DNA from: Dehalococcoidia bacterium
GTDB taxonomy: Bacteria; Chloroflexota; Dehalococcoidia; UBA2979
Assembly: GCA_964291495.2 (NCBI GenBank)
Contig: OZ219872.1
Coordinates: forward strand, 640,001 to 704,000
DNA: 64,000 nucleotides
Direction: 5' to 3'
Position 1 is the stretch's first letter. Every line of letters begins with the position of its first letter. Under the pieces are notes generated by a model. It was not told where the DNA came from and made no database searches. It was given only the letters and a program-made list of their open reading frames with translations. Made by a program: the position numbers and the translations under genes. This document shows positions 20,374 through 31,206 of this stretch, piece by piece.

Positions 20374-21462
20374 CTACGCCTCGCCGAGGTGGTCGAGCAG
20401 GGCGTCCTCCCAGCGGAAGTCGAACTCGCGGGTCTCGTGCAGGCCCTCGCGGCGGTACCACTCGTAGGTGTGCTCGACGGCGCGCGGGAACGTGTACTCC
20501 GGCTCGAAGCCGACGTCGCGGCGCAGCCTGTCGATGCTGAAGACCGTGCTCTGGTTCCAGCGGTGGATGTACGGGGCGAGGCGCTGGATCATCTGCTGCA
20601 GGAAGCGCAGGTTCTGGTGCGCGTCGGGGGTGCTCGTGCTCGCCGTGCGGATGTTGCGGTAGCTCGCCACGTCCTTCACGTCGAGGATCAGCTCGTCGTC
20701 GTAGAGCTGGTCCATGACCGCGGGTGGGATGAAGACCTTGCGAGCCTCGACGCCGGTGATCTCGGCGAAGGTGTCGACGTAGCCCTCGTCCGTCCAGGAG
20801 TCGCGGCCGGTGAGGTTGTAGCGCTTGCCGTAGGTGATCGGGCGCTGCATCAGCATGCGCAGCGCGCGCGCCTCGTCGTCGACGTGGCCGATCTGGCTGA
20901 CGGTCGAGCCGTCGCCCGGGATCAGCACCGGGCGGCCGGCGAGCAGGCGGCTGAACATACGCTGCTCGCGCTCCGGGATGATGTTGTTCGGCCCGAACAC
21001 CATCGAGAACGGCACGATCGTCGCGGGGAAGCCGTTGCGGCGGTGTTCGTCCAGCAGCATCGCCTCGCACTCCAGCTTGTCGAGGCCGTACTGGCCCTGT
21101 TTCGAGGAACGGTCGACGGGGAAGTCCTCGGTGATCGGGAGCACGCTGCTGGTCGCGTAGATCACCGTCGAGCTGGCGAAGACGTAGTGCCCGGTGCGGC
21201 CGCGGAAGATCTCGATCATCCCGCGCACATCGTCCGGCGTGTAGGCGGAGATGTCGTAGATGCAGTCGAAGTCCTCGTCGGCGAAGACCTCGGCCATGCC
21301 GGCGTGGTCCGTACGGTCGCCGAGCAGCCTGCGCACGCCGAGCGGGATCTCCGCCTCGGTGCGGCCGCGGTTGAAGATCGTGACCTCGTGGCCGTGCCGG
21401 GCCAGCTCGCGGACGAGCGCGAGCCCGTTGAAGCGCGTGCCGCCCATGACCAGAACCCTCAT
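20374..21462 (-). CDS. NAD-dependent epimerase/dehydratase (extended SDR)
   Basis: VLVMGGTRFNG, YGLDK. Confidence 0.9.
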   Translation of the reverse strand: MRVLVMGGTRFNGLALVRELARHGHEVTIFNRGRTEAEIPLGVRRLLGDRTDHAGMAEVFADEDFDCIYDISAYTPDDVRGMIEIFRGRTGHYVFASSTVIYATSSVLPITEDFPVDRSSKQGQYGLDKLECEAMLLDEHRRNGFPATIVPFSMVFGPNNIIPEREQRMFSRLLAGRPVLIPGDGSTVSQIGHVDDEARALRMLMQRPITYGKRYNLTGRDSWTDEGYVDTFAEITGVEARKVFIPPAVMDQLYDDELILDVKDVASYRNIRTASTSTPDAHQNLRFLQQMIQRLAPYIHRWNQSTVFSIDRLRRDVGFEPEYTFPRAVEHTYEWYRREGLHETREFDFRWEDALLDHLGEA

Positions 21463-21570
21463 CGCCCGCCCCTTCCGGCTACCTCCCGCGCGGCGCGCCG
21501 CACGCTACCACGGACGGCGGGCGGGGGCGCGGCGGGTGTACGCTCGCATCGAGGCGAGGGGAGGCCCGCT

Positions 21571-22611
21571 GTGAGCTCGCGCGCGGTGAACCTCACGATC
21601 CTCGCCCTGCTGCTGCTCGAGCTGGCGTCCGGGCTCGGCAGCTTCCTCGTCGGCAGGCCCGAGGGCGCCTGGGTCTTCTGGCTGCACGGCGTCGGCGGGC
21701 TCTCGCTGGTCGCCCTGCTGACCTGGAAGTGGCGGATCGTGATGCGCTCGTTCGCGCGGCGCGGGGCCGGGCCGTGGTCGATCGCGCCCGCGGCGCTGGG
21801 CGTGCTGTTCCTCGGCACGCTCGCGACGGGCATCTGGTGGGCCGTGGTCGGCCGGGGCAGCCTGCCCGTGCCGTTCTACGGCGATATGCGCCCGCTGGTG
21901 CTGCACGCGATTCTCGCCTTCCTGCTCGTGCCGCCGTTCGCCCTCCACGCCGCGCTGCGCTGGCCGCGCGTGCGGCACACGGACTTCACCAGCCGCCGCG
22001 CCGCGCTGCGCCTGCTCGCCGTCGGCGCGGGCGGCTTCGTGCTCTGGCGCGGCCTCGCCGCCGCCTCGACGGTCTCCGCCGGCCCCGACCGCCGCTTCAC
22101 CGGCTCACGCGAGGAGGCGAGCTTCGAGGGCAACGCGCATCCGGTGACCAACTGGCTCAGCGACTCGCGCCAGCGCATCGCCGCCGACGCCTGGCGGCTG
22201 GAGGTGCGCGGCGCGGTCTCCGAGCCGTACGTGCTCGGCTACCGTGAGCTGGGCGAGCTGCCGCGGCAGACGCTGCGCGCCACGCTGGACTGCACCGGCG
22301 GCTGGTACACCCGGCAGGACTGGAGCGGCGTCCCGCTGTCCTCGCTGCTTGCGAGGGCGGGAGTCGGCGAGGAGGCACGGAGCGTCCGGGCGGTTTCCGC
22401 CACCGGCTACAGCAGGCGCTTCGGCCTCGGCGAGGCGGAGGGGCTGCTGCTGGCGACGCACGTGGGCGGCGATCGGCTCAGCCAGGGACATGGCTTCCCC
22501 GTGCGGCTGGTCGCCCCGGGGCGGCGCGGCTATCACTGGGTGAAGTGGGTCGAGCGCATCGAGGTGAGCGAGCGTCCTGCCTGGTGGCAGCCGCCGCTGC
22601 CGCTGCAGTAG
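21571..22611 (+). CDS. Membrane-bound sulfite-oxidase-family molybdopterin oxidoreductase
   Basis: His-containing TM helices, then TLDCTGGW, HGFPVRLVAPG, VKWV. Confidence 0.88.
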   Translation: MSSRAVNLTILALLLLELASGLGSFLVGRPEGAWVFWLHGVGGLSLVALLTWKWRIVMRSFARRGAGPWSIAPAALGVLFLGTLATGIWWAVVGRGSLPVPFYGDMRPLVLHAILAFLLVPPFALHAALRWPRVRHTDFTSRRAALRLLAVGAGGFVLWRGLAAASTVSAGPDRRFTGSREEASFEGNAHPVTNWLSDSRQRIAADAWRLEVRGAVSEPYVLGYRELGELPRQTLRATLDCTGGWYTRQDWSGVPLSSLLARAGVGEEARSVRAVSATGYSRRFGLGEAEGLLLATHVGGDRLSQGHGFPVRLVAPGRRGYHWVKWVERIEVSERPAWWQPPLPLQ

Positions 22612-22628
22612 TGGCGAGGAGGGCACGC

Positions 22629-23066
22629 ATGCACGCCGCACGCAGCCGCGCGGCCCTCTCCCGCGCCGCCCTCACCCTTGCTGCGCTGACCCTCGCCGGC
22701 CTCGTGCTGCTGCTTACCGCCTGCGGCGATGGAGGAGAGCAGGCGGCACGCGACCGCGACGGCGGCTCGGAGGCGAGCAGCGCGGAGCTGGCGGAGCTGG
22801 AGTTGGCGCTCGCCACGCTCAATGCCCGCATCACTCGCCTCGAGAGCGCCGTCGAGGAGCTGACGCGCCTCCTCGGGGGCGACACCGCGCTGCTCGGCGA
22901 TCTGCCCGAGCTGCTGGAGGAGCTGCGACTGAGCAGCGCCCTGTTCGAGGTGGCATTCCGCCGCCTCGACGCCCTCGAATCGACCGAGTCGGACGAGGAT
23001 CCCTGCGAGGCGATCGGCTACGCCTTCTGCCCGGAAGATCCTCAGCGCCTCCCCTACGCGCAGTAG
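22629..23066 (+). CDS. Hypothetical lipoprotein, coiled-coil
   Basis: Lipobox LTA-C then heptad-rich segment. Confidence 0.6.
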   Translation: MHAARSRAALSRAALTLAALTLAGLVLLLTACGDGGEQAARDRDGGSEASSAELAELELALATLNARITRLESAVEELTRLLGGDTALLGDLPELLEELRLSSALFEVAFRRLDALESTESDEDPCEAIGYAFCPEDPQRLPYAQ

Positions 23067-23116
23067 CCGACCCGTCTCCGGCGGCCCCTTACGCGGCCCG
23101 CGGCTAGACTCGACGC

Positions 23117-24033
<917 letters not shown>

Positions 24034-24037
<4 letters not shown>

Positions 24038-24810
24038 CGGGCGCGCGGCTGCTGATCCGCCAGCTCCGCTACGAGCAGCTGGCCTTCAGACGCAATCCGG
24101 CGGCGGCCTTCTTCACGTTCTTCTTCCCGCTGATCTTCCTCGTGATCTTCAACCTGATCTTCGGCAACGAGCCGATCGACGTCGAAGGCGGCACGACCAA
24201 CACCTCGACCTTCTACATCCCGGCGATCGCCGCGTTCAGCGTGATCAACGCCTGCTATACGGGGCTCGCCGTCTCGATCTCGTTTGCGCGCGACCAGGGG
24301 CAGCTCAAGCGCATCGCCGGCACGCCGCTGCCGAAGGCCGCCTACCTCGGCGCGAAGGTGCTGTTCATGACGGTGGTCGGGATGCTGCTGGTCGTCGTCG
24401 TGACGGCGTTCGGCCTCGTCTTCTACGGCGTCGACGTGCCGAGCGGCACGTTGCCCGCGTTCCTGCTCTCGCTCGTCGTCGGCGCGGCCGCATTCGCGGC
24501 GCTCGGGCTCGCGACGACGGCCTTCATCCCCAACAGCGAGGCCGCCCCGGCCGTCGTCAACGCGATCATCCTGCCGCTGCTCTTCATCTCGGACGTCTTC
24601 ATCCCGCTGCGCGACAACGCCCCGATCTGGCTCGGCCTGGCCGGGGACGTGTTCCCCGTGAAGCACCTCTCGATCGCGCTCCAGACCGCGTTCAACCCGT
24701 TCGAGCAGGGAGCCGGCCTGGAGCTCGGGAACCTCGCGGTGATCGCGGCGTGGGGAATCGCGGGCGCGATCGTGGCCGTGCGCCGCTTCCGCTGGGAGCC
24801 CTCGCGCTAG
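24034..24810 (+). CDS. ABC-2 type permease
   Basis: About six TM helices, LKRIAGTPL; overlaps ATPase stop. Confidence 0.92.
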
Positions 24811-24864
24811 CCGCTACACTGTGCCCGCGCGGCGGGAGCACGCCGAGCGCGAGGGGGGTGAACG

Positions 24865-25275
24865 ATGGCGACACCGGACGAACTGCGGGAACAGATCGCG
24901 GAGGGGCGCGCTGCCTTCCGGGCCGCCCTCGAGGGCGCCGCCGAGGGCTGGGAGGACCGCCCCGAGGGCGACGAGTGGACACGGCGCGAGACCGCCGAGC
25001 ACGCGATCAACATCGACTATGTCTTCGCGTCGTGGGGTGAGCGTCTCAGGGGAGTGGAACTGACCTACACCGAGAGCCCCGAGCTGTCGCTGGCCGGCGC
25101 CGCCGAAGCCCTCGAGGCGTTCGCCGCCTCCAGCGCACACTCGGACGCCGCCTGGGCGGAGGTGACGGCGGAGCAGCTGGCGGGCGAGATCCGCGAGGGC
25201 ATCGGCGGCGAGTACGGCATGAACCTCGTCGGCGCGCACCTGCACGACCACGCGAACCAGATCTCCCGGAGTTAG
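24865..25275 (+). CDS. DinB/YfiT-like protein
   Basis: WTRRETAEH...HLHDHANQI three-His pattern. Confidence 0.75.
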   Translation: MATPDELREQIAEGRAAFRAALEGAAEGWEDRPEGDEWTRRETAEHAINIDYVFASWGERLRGVELTYTESPELSLAGAAEALEAFAASSAHSDAAWAEVTAEQLAGEIREGIGGEYGMNLVGAHLHDHANQISRS

Positions 25276-25388
25276 GCGACCGGGGCCCGCTGGCGCTCGT
25301 TCCGCGATCGCCCGCTACCATGGCGGCGGCGCGGCGCGGGAACCCGCGCGCCCGACCGGTACGGACGGATTGGTAGAGGAGCAGGCGT

Positions 25389-26600
25389 ATGCGCGAGGCC
25401 GTGATCTGTAACCCGCTGCGAACCCCCGTGGGGCGCTACGGCGGCGTCTTCCGCGACATCGATGTGACGACGCTGGCCGCGACGGTGATCGAGGCGCTGC
25501 TCGAGCGCACCGAGCTCGACCCAGCGGAGATCGACGACGTGGTGTTCGGGCAGTGCTACCCGAGCGGCGAGGCGCCGGCGGTGGGCCGCGTCGCGGCGCT
25601 GCACGCCGGGCTGCCCGTCGAGACGCCCGGCCTGCAGCTCGACCGCCGCTGCGGCTCCGGCCTGCAAGCGATCTGCTACGCCGCGATGCAGGTCCAGACC
25701 GGCGTCTCCGACGTCGTCCTCGCGGGCGGCGCGGAGAGCATGAGCACCGTTGAGTTCTACTCGAGCGCGCCGCGCTGGGGCCCCAACAACGGCGCGATCG
25801 AGCTGCACGACCGCCTCGCGCGGGCGCGCGTGACCGCGGGCAGCTTCCGCCACCCGGTGCCCGGCGGCATGATCGAGACCGCCGAGAACGTGCGCCGCGA
25901 GTACGGCATCCCGCGCGAGGAGCAGGACGCCCTCGCGCTGCGCTCGCACCAGCGTGCCGTCGCCGCGCAGGACGAGGGCCGCTTCGAGGCCGAGATCGTC
26001 CCCGTCGCCGTTCCGCAGCGCCGCGGCGACCCGGTGATCGTCGACACGGACGAGCACCCGAGGCGCGACACCTCGCTGGAGTCGCTCGCGCGACTGCGGG
26101 CGGTCTACTCCGCCGACGACCCCGAGTCGACGGTGACGGCGGGCAACGCGAGCGGCCAGAACGACGCCGCCGCGGTTTGCATCGTGACCACGCCGGAGCG
26201 GGCCGCCGACCTCGGCCTCAAGGCGATGGGCAAGCTGCGAGGCTGGTCCGTCGCGGGCGTGCCTCCGAAGCTGATGGGCATGGGCCCCGTCCCGGCCGCG
26301 AAGAAGGCTTTCGACCAGGTCGGCATGGACTTCGGCGACATGGATCTGATCGAGCTGAACGAGGCGTTCGCCGCCCAGGTGCTCGGCGTCACGCGCGAGT
26401 GGGGGCTGAGCGACTCCGACTGGGACCGCGTCAACGTCAACGGCTCCGGCATCTCGATCGGCCACCCCGTCGGCGCGACCGGCGTGCGGATCATGGCGAC
26501 GCTGCTGCACGAGATGGAGCGCAACGACGCCGAGATCGGCCTCGAGACGATGTGCATCGGCGGCGGCCAGGGCATGGCGGCCGTGATCGAGCGCTGCTAG
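25389..26600 (+). CDS. Acetyl-CoA C-acyltransferase (thiolase)
   Basis: RRCGSG, ELNEAFA, GHPVGATG, MCIGGGQG. Confidence 0.96.
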   Translation: MREAVICNPLRTPVGRYGGVFRDIDVTTLAATVIEALLERTELDPAEIDDVVFGQCYPSGEAPAVGRVAALHAGLPVETPGLQLDRRCGSGLQAICYAAMQVQTGVSDVVLAGGAESMSTVEFYSSAPRWGPNNGAIELHDRLARARVTAGSFRHPVPGGMIETAENVRREYGIPREEQDALALRSHQRAVAAQDEGRFEAEIVPVAVPQRRGDPVIVDTDEHPRRDTSLESLARLRAVYSADDPESTVTAGNASGQNDAAAVCIVTTPERAADLGLKAMGKLRGWSVAGVPPKLMGMGPVPAAKKAFDQVGMDFGDMDLIELNEAFAAQVLGVTREWGLSDSDWDRVNVNGSGISIGHPVGATGVRIMATLLHEMERNDAEIGLETMCIGGGQGMAAVIERC

Positions 26601-26604
26601 CGCG

Positions 26605-27843
26605 ATGGCCGTCGAACAGGTCGCAATCTTCGGCGCCGGAACGATGGGCGCCGGCATCGCCCAGGTGGCGGTGACGCACGGTTGCACCGTGCGGCTGATC
26701 GACACGCAGCCCGGCGCCGTCGCGCGCGCCCGCGAGTCCGTGGGCGCGCGCCTCCAGCGTCAGGTCGACCGCGGCGCGATGTCCGCCGAGGAGCACGCCG
26801 CCGTCCTCGGACGCCTCGTCGAGGGCTCCCTCGACGACCTCGAGGGCGTCGAGCTGGTCGTCGAGGCGGTGATCGAGGACCTCGAGGCCAAGCAGGCGCT
26901 GTTCGCGCAGCTCGACGCGGCCGCGCCCGCCGACGCGGTGCTGGCGACCAACACCTCGTCGCTCGCCGTCGGCGAGATCGCCAGTCCGCTGCGCAACCCC
27001 TCGCGCGTGGTCGGGATGCACTTCTTCAACCCCGCGCCGGTGATGGCTCTGGTTGAGGTCGTGGCCGCCGAGGCGACGAGCGACGCCGCCGCCGACCTCG
27101 TGGCGGAGACGGCGAGCGCGTGGGGCAAGGTGCCCGCACGCACCGCCGACGCGCCCGGCTTCATCGTCAACCGCGTCGCCCGCAGCTCCTACGTCGAGGC
27201 CTTCCGCATGCTCGACGAGGGCGTCGGCGGACCCGACACGATCGACGGCGCGATGCGCAAGCTCGGGCAGTTCCGCATGGGCCCGATGCAGGTCGCCGAC
27301 CTCGTCGGGCTCGAGGTCAACTACGCGGTCACGGTCTCCGTCTTCGAGCGCTCCGGCCAGCCCGCCCGCTTCGAGCCGCCGGCCGCCCAGGCGCGGCTCG
27401 TCGAGGGTGGCGAGCTGGGCCGCAAGACCGGCAGCGGCGTCTACGACTATGGCAGCGACCCGCCGGGCGAGAACGCCGGCGGCGAGGGCTCGCCGCTCGC
27501 GCTGTCGCCGGAGCTCGCGTCGGCAGTCGACGCCTTCGCCGAGGCGGCGGCGCTGTGCGACCCCGAGGAGCTCGCGCAGGCCAGCGCGGCAGAGCGCTAC
27601 GCTTTCGCGCGCATCCTGGGCTCGGTGCTGAACGAGGCGGCGCGCGCCCTCGGCGATGGGGCCGCCAGCAGCGAGGACATCGACGCCGCGATGCAGCACG
27701 CGACGAACTACCCGCGCGGCCCGGTGACGTGGGGGCAAGAGGTCGGCTACGCCACGCTGGCGCGGCTGCTCTCCGCCCTCGACGCCACCCGCGAGGACGA
27801 CAGCTACGCGCCCGCGCCGCTGATCGCGGAGGCGGGCGAGTAG
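26605..27843 (+). CDS. 3-hydroxyacyl-CoA dehydrogenase (PaaH-like)
   Basis: GAGTMGAGIA, ATNTSSL, GMHFFNPAP, PGFIVNR. Confidence 0.94.
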   Translation: MAVEQVAIFGAGTMGAGIAQVAVTHGCTVRLIDTQPGAVARARESVGARLQRQVDRGAMSAEEHAAVLGRLVEGSLDDLEGVELVVEAVIEDLEAKQALFAQLDAAAPADAVLATNTSSLAVGEIASPLRNPSRVVGMHFFNPAPVMALVEVVAAEATSDAAADLVAETASAWGKVPARTADAPGFIVNRVARSSYVEAFRMLDEGVGGPDTIDGAMRKLGQFRMGPMQVADLVGLEVNYAVTVSVFERSGQPARFEPPAAQARLVEGGELGRKTGSGVYDYGSDPPGENAGGEGSPLALSPELASAVDAFAEAAALCDPEELAQASAAERYAFARILGSVLNEAARALGDGAASSEDIDAAMQHATNYPRGPVTWGQEVGYATLARLLSALDATREDDSYAPAPLIAEAGE

Positions 27844-27851
27844 GAGCGCGC

Positions 27852-28424
27852 GTGTCCGACGGCCGCACCCGCTGCGAGTGGGCGGCGGGCGGCGACGCGC
27901 TGATGCGCGACTACCACGACCGCGAGTGGGGCGTGCCCGTCCACGACGACCGTACCCACTTCGAGTTCCTGATCCTCGAGGGCGCGCAGGCAGGCCTGAG
28001 CTGGCGCACCGTACTCGCACGCCGCGAGGGCTACCGCGCCGCCTTCGCCGGCTTCGACCCGGAGGCCGTCGCGCGCTTCGGCGATGCGGATCGCGAGCGC
28101 CTGCTCGGGGACGCCGGGATCATCCGCAACCGCGCGAAGATCGCCTCGGCCGTGCGCAACGCGGCCGCCTTCCTCGAGGTGCGGGCCGAGCACGGCTCAT
28201 TCGACGCGTACGTGTGGGCGTTCGTCGGCGGGGCGCCCCGGCGCGGCGCCTCCGCGTCGCTCGCAGAGCTGCCGGCGGAGACGGAGCAGTCGAGGGCGCT
28301 GAGCAGCGACCTGCGCGCGCGGGGCTTCAACTTCGTCGGGCCGACGATCTGCTACGCCTACATGCAGGCGGCCGGCCTCGTGAACGACCACGTGACCGGC
28401 TGCTTCCGCTACGACGAGGTCTGA
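27852..28424 (+). CDS. tag: DNA-3-methyladenine glycosylase I
   Basis: RCEW, YHDREWG, LEGAQAGLSW, FVGPT, NDHVTGC. Confidence 0.96.
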   Translation: MSDGRTRCEWAAGGDALMRDYHDREWGVPVHDDRTHFEFLILEGAQAGLSWRTVLARREGYRAAFAGFDPEAVARFGDADRERLLGDAGIIRNRAKIASAVRNAAAFLEVRAEHGSFDAYVWAFVGGAPRRGASASLAELPAETEQSRALSSDLRARGFNFVGPTICYAYMQAAGLVNDHVTGCFRYDEV

Positions 28425-28433
28425 GCGGCTCCG

Positions 28434-29801
28434 TCAGTCGATCGCGCTCACGAACAGCGCGGCGAGGCTGAGGAAGACGGCGAAGCCAAGCACGTCCGTC
28501 GCCGTCGTCAGCCAGATCCCGGCCGAGAGCGCGGGGTCCTGGCGGAAGCGCTGGAGGCCCATCGGGATCAGCACCCCGGCGACAACGCCCACGAGCATGT
28601 TGGCGGCGAGCGCGAGGCCGACGATCAGGCCGAGCGCGGCGCTGCCCTGCCAGAGCCAGGCCACCAGGCCGACCGCGACGCCGATCACCACGCCGTTGAT
28701 CAACCCGGTCGCCACCTCGTGCAGCACCACCCGCAGCGTATTGCGCCCCTGCAGCCGTCCGACGGCGAGCGAGCGGATGACGACGGTCAGCGTCTGGATG
28801 CCGGCGTTGCCGCCCTGCCCCGCGACGACCGGCAGGAAGGCCGCGAGCACGGCCACCTGCGCCACCGTGCTCTCGAACAGCGAGACGACGAACCCGGCGA
28901 GCAGCACCGTCACGAGGTTCACGAGCAGCCAGGGCAGCCGGAAGCGCACGGAGCGGAGCACCGATCGCAGGTCCTCGTCCTCGTGGACGCCGACCTGGCG
29001 GAACATGTCCTCGGTCGCCTCGTCCTCCAGCACGTCGATCAGGTCGTCGGCGGTGATCGCGCCGAGCAGGCGCCCGTCGTCATCGACGACGGGCAGGGAG
29101 AGCAGCTTGTAGCGCTTGAACAGGCGCGCGGCCTCCTCCTGGTCAGTCGACGCCGTCACCGACACCACGTCGCGCACGGCGATGTCGCCGATCGGCGTCC
29201 CGGGAGGCGCGATCAGCAGCGAGCGCAGGTTCACGACTCCCCCGAGGCGGCCATCCGCGTCGGTCACATAGATGTAGAAGGGCTGTGTTGCGTCGGGGCG
29301 GAGCGCGCGCAGCTCGTCGATCGCCTCGCCGGCTAGGCGATGGGGCGGCATCGCGATGCGCTGCCCTGTCATGCGGCCGCCGGCGCTCTCCTCCTCGTGG
29401 GCCATGAGGTGATCGATCGCGTGCTGCTGCCGCTCGGAGAGGGCGGCCAGCACCTGCCCACCGATCTCCTCCGGGAGGTCCTGGACGATGTCCGTCGCCA
29501 CGTCGTCGTCGACCACGTCCAGCACCCGCGCGATGCGTTCCGGCGCGAGGCCGACGAGCAGGTCCTCGCGGTAGTGCGGCTCCAGGTAGGCGATCGCGGC
29601 GCCCAGCTCGCGCGGCGCCAGGCGCTCCACGAGCAGCTCGCTGACCTCGTGATCGATGCCCGCGAAGGCGTCCGCCAGCTGGGCGGGGTGCAGCTCGCGG
29701 GCGAGCGTGAGCGCGCCGAGCTGGTCCCCGGCGTCGATGCGCCGCGCCATCGCCGCGGCGGGATCGAAGGCGGGTGCGCGGTCGGTGGTCTCGAGGGTCA
29801 T
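28434..29801 (-). CDS. mgtE: Magnesium transporter MgtE
   Basis: CBS pair, RLPWL, GGNAGIQ, DPALSAG, TTATD. Confidence 0.94.
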   Translation of the reverse strand: MTLETTDRAPAFDPAAAMARRIDAGDQLGALTLARELHPAQLADAFAGIDHEVSELLVERLAPRELGAAIAYLEPHYREDLLVGLAPERIARVLDVVDDDVATDIVQDLPEEIGGQVLAALSERQQHAIDHLMAHEEESAGGRMTGQRIAMPPHRLAGEAIDELRALRPDATQPFYIYVTDADGRLGGVVNLRSLLIAPPGTPIGDIAVRDVVSVTASTDQEEAARLFKRYKLLSLPVVDDDGRLLGAITADDLIDVLEDEATEDMFRQVGVHEDEDLRSVLRSVRFRLPWLLVNLVTVLLAGFVVSLFESTVAQVAVLAAFLPVVAGQGGNAGIQTLTVVIRSLAVGRLQGRNTLRVVLHEVATGLINGVVIGVAVGLVAWLWQGSAALGLIVGLALAANMLVGVVAGVLIPMGLQRFRQDPALSAGIWLTTATDVLGFAVFLSLAALFVSAID

Positions 29802-29855
29802 CGGAACGGCCTCATGCGGCGATTGTCAGCAGCGAGCTGCGCCGGTCCCCGCCCG

Positions 29856-30326
29856 TCAGCGGCCGCCGCCGAAGAAGCGGCGCACGGAGCCCCAGGCCCC
29901 GCCTCCGCCGCGTCCCCCGAGGCCGTCGAGGAAGTTGCCCCAGGCGACCTCGGCGGAGGCGGAGCGCTGCAGGCCGCGCACGCGCTCGTCGATGATGTCG
30001 CGCACGCGTCCCTCCTCGCCGGCATCGAGCCAGAAGCCATGCTCCTCGCGGCAGGTGTCGAGCTCCAGGTCGTAGGCGCGGTAGTTGAAGGCGGCCATCC
30101 GGTCGCCGCAGACGGGGCAGTCCAGATCGGAGTCGCGCTCCGCGAAGCGGATCGTGCCGCGGCGATCGTCCTCGTCGGCCCTCGTCGCCTCGAGGTCGTC
30201 GAGCTCGTGATGGTCCAGCCAGCGCCCGTTGCAGATGCCGCAGTGGTCGACCTCGATGCCGTGCATGTGCTCGACGATCAGCTCGGCGCCGTCTCGCGGG
30301 CACTGCAGGGCGGGGTGCGGCGACAT
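29856..30326 (-). CDS. Double zf-TFIIB-like Zn-ribbon protein
   Basis: CPRD...VDHCGICNGRWLD; CPVC...LDTC...GFWLDAGE. Confidence 0.85.
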   Translation of the reverse strand: MSPHPALQCPRDGAELIVEHMHGIEVDHCGICNGRWLDHHELDDLEATRADEDDRRGTIRFAERDSDLDCPVCGDRMAAFNYRAYDLELDTCREEHGFWLDAGEEGRVRDIIDERVRGLQRSASAEVAWGNFLDGLGGRGGGGAWGSVRRFFGGGR

Positions 30327-30466
30327 GCTCGGCCTCGATTCGGAGAGCGTCCCGGAGGGCTCCGGCCGCCCTGCCGGGGTGGCGCTCGGCGGCGCGGTCC
30401 GGTATCTCTCAGTCTACCAGCGCGGCCGGCCAGCCTCCGCCGCCGCGCCTCTGAGAGGATGCGAGC

Positions 30467-30970
30467 ATGACCACCAGTTCGTCCGGCATCGATACCCGCA
30501 TGTTCCGCGATGTCTGCGGCAACTTCGCGACCGGCGTCTCCGTGGTCACGATGGTCGGCGGCGACGGCCCGCGAGGGCTGACCGCGAACGCGATCTCCGC
30601 GCTCTCGCTGGACCCGACGCTGTTCCTCGTCTGCGTCGACCTGGGGGCCACCTCCTACCCGGTGATCGACCAGGCCGGCAAGTTCGCGATCAACCTCCTC
30701 GCCGAGGACCAGGAGGCCGTCTCCAACTTCTTCGCCGGCACCACCCCGCCCGACAACCCGATGGGCGACAACGAGTACCGGATGAGCGACCTCGGATCGC
30801 CGCTGATCGAGGGCTCCCTCGCCTGGCTGGACTGCCGCACGCACAGCATCCTCGACGGCGGCGACCACAAGATCTTCGTCGGCGAGGTCGCCAGCTGCGA
30901 GATCGTCCGCCCGGACGCGGACCCGTTGCTCTTCTTCCGCGGCAAGTACCGCGCCATCGCCCCACAGTAG
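30467..30970 (+). CDS. Flavin reductase family protein
   Basis: FATGVSVVT, SLDP, GGDHKIFVGEV. Confidence 0.94.
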   Translation: MTTSSSGIDTRMFRDVCGNFATGVSVVTMVGGDGPRGLTANAISALSLDPTLFLVCVDLGATSYPVIDQAGKFAINLLAEDQEAVSNFFAGTTPPDNPMGDNEYRMSDLGSPLIEGSLAWLDCRTHSILDGGDHKIFVGEVASCEIVRPDADPLLFFRGKYRAIAPQ

Positions 30971-31068
30971 CCTCCACGGCGCAGCCGGGGCGGCCTCGCG
31001 TCCCTCGCCGGTGAGTGCGGGGCGCTGATACACTCGATCGGCGCGGCCCGCGGGCCGCGGCTCTGCGT

Positions 31069-31146
31069 GGTGGGTGTCGCCTAGCGGTCAAAGGCGCCAG
31101 GTTGTGGCCCTGGAGATCGGGGGTTCAAATCCCCTCACCCACCCCA
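31069..31146 (+). tRNA. tRNA-His (GUG)
   Basis: G-1 plus GTGGGTG/CACCCAC acceptor, CCAGG-TTGTGGC-CCTGG, TTCAAAT loop, C73, encoded CCA. Confidence 0.96.
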
Positions 31147-31206
31147 TCCATCGCACTGCTCGGGCTTGCGGCGACTGGCGCTCCGCTCGCATGGACGGGA
31201 ACCCTG

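Noticed and set aside
31042-31059. Perfect 18-bp GC palindrome before tRNA-His
   Set aside because: Single, all-GC, probably a precursor leader hairpin or chance
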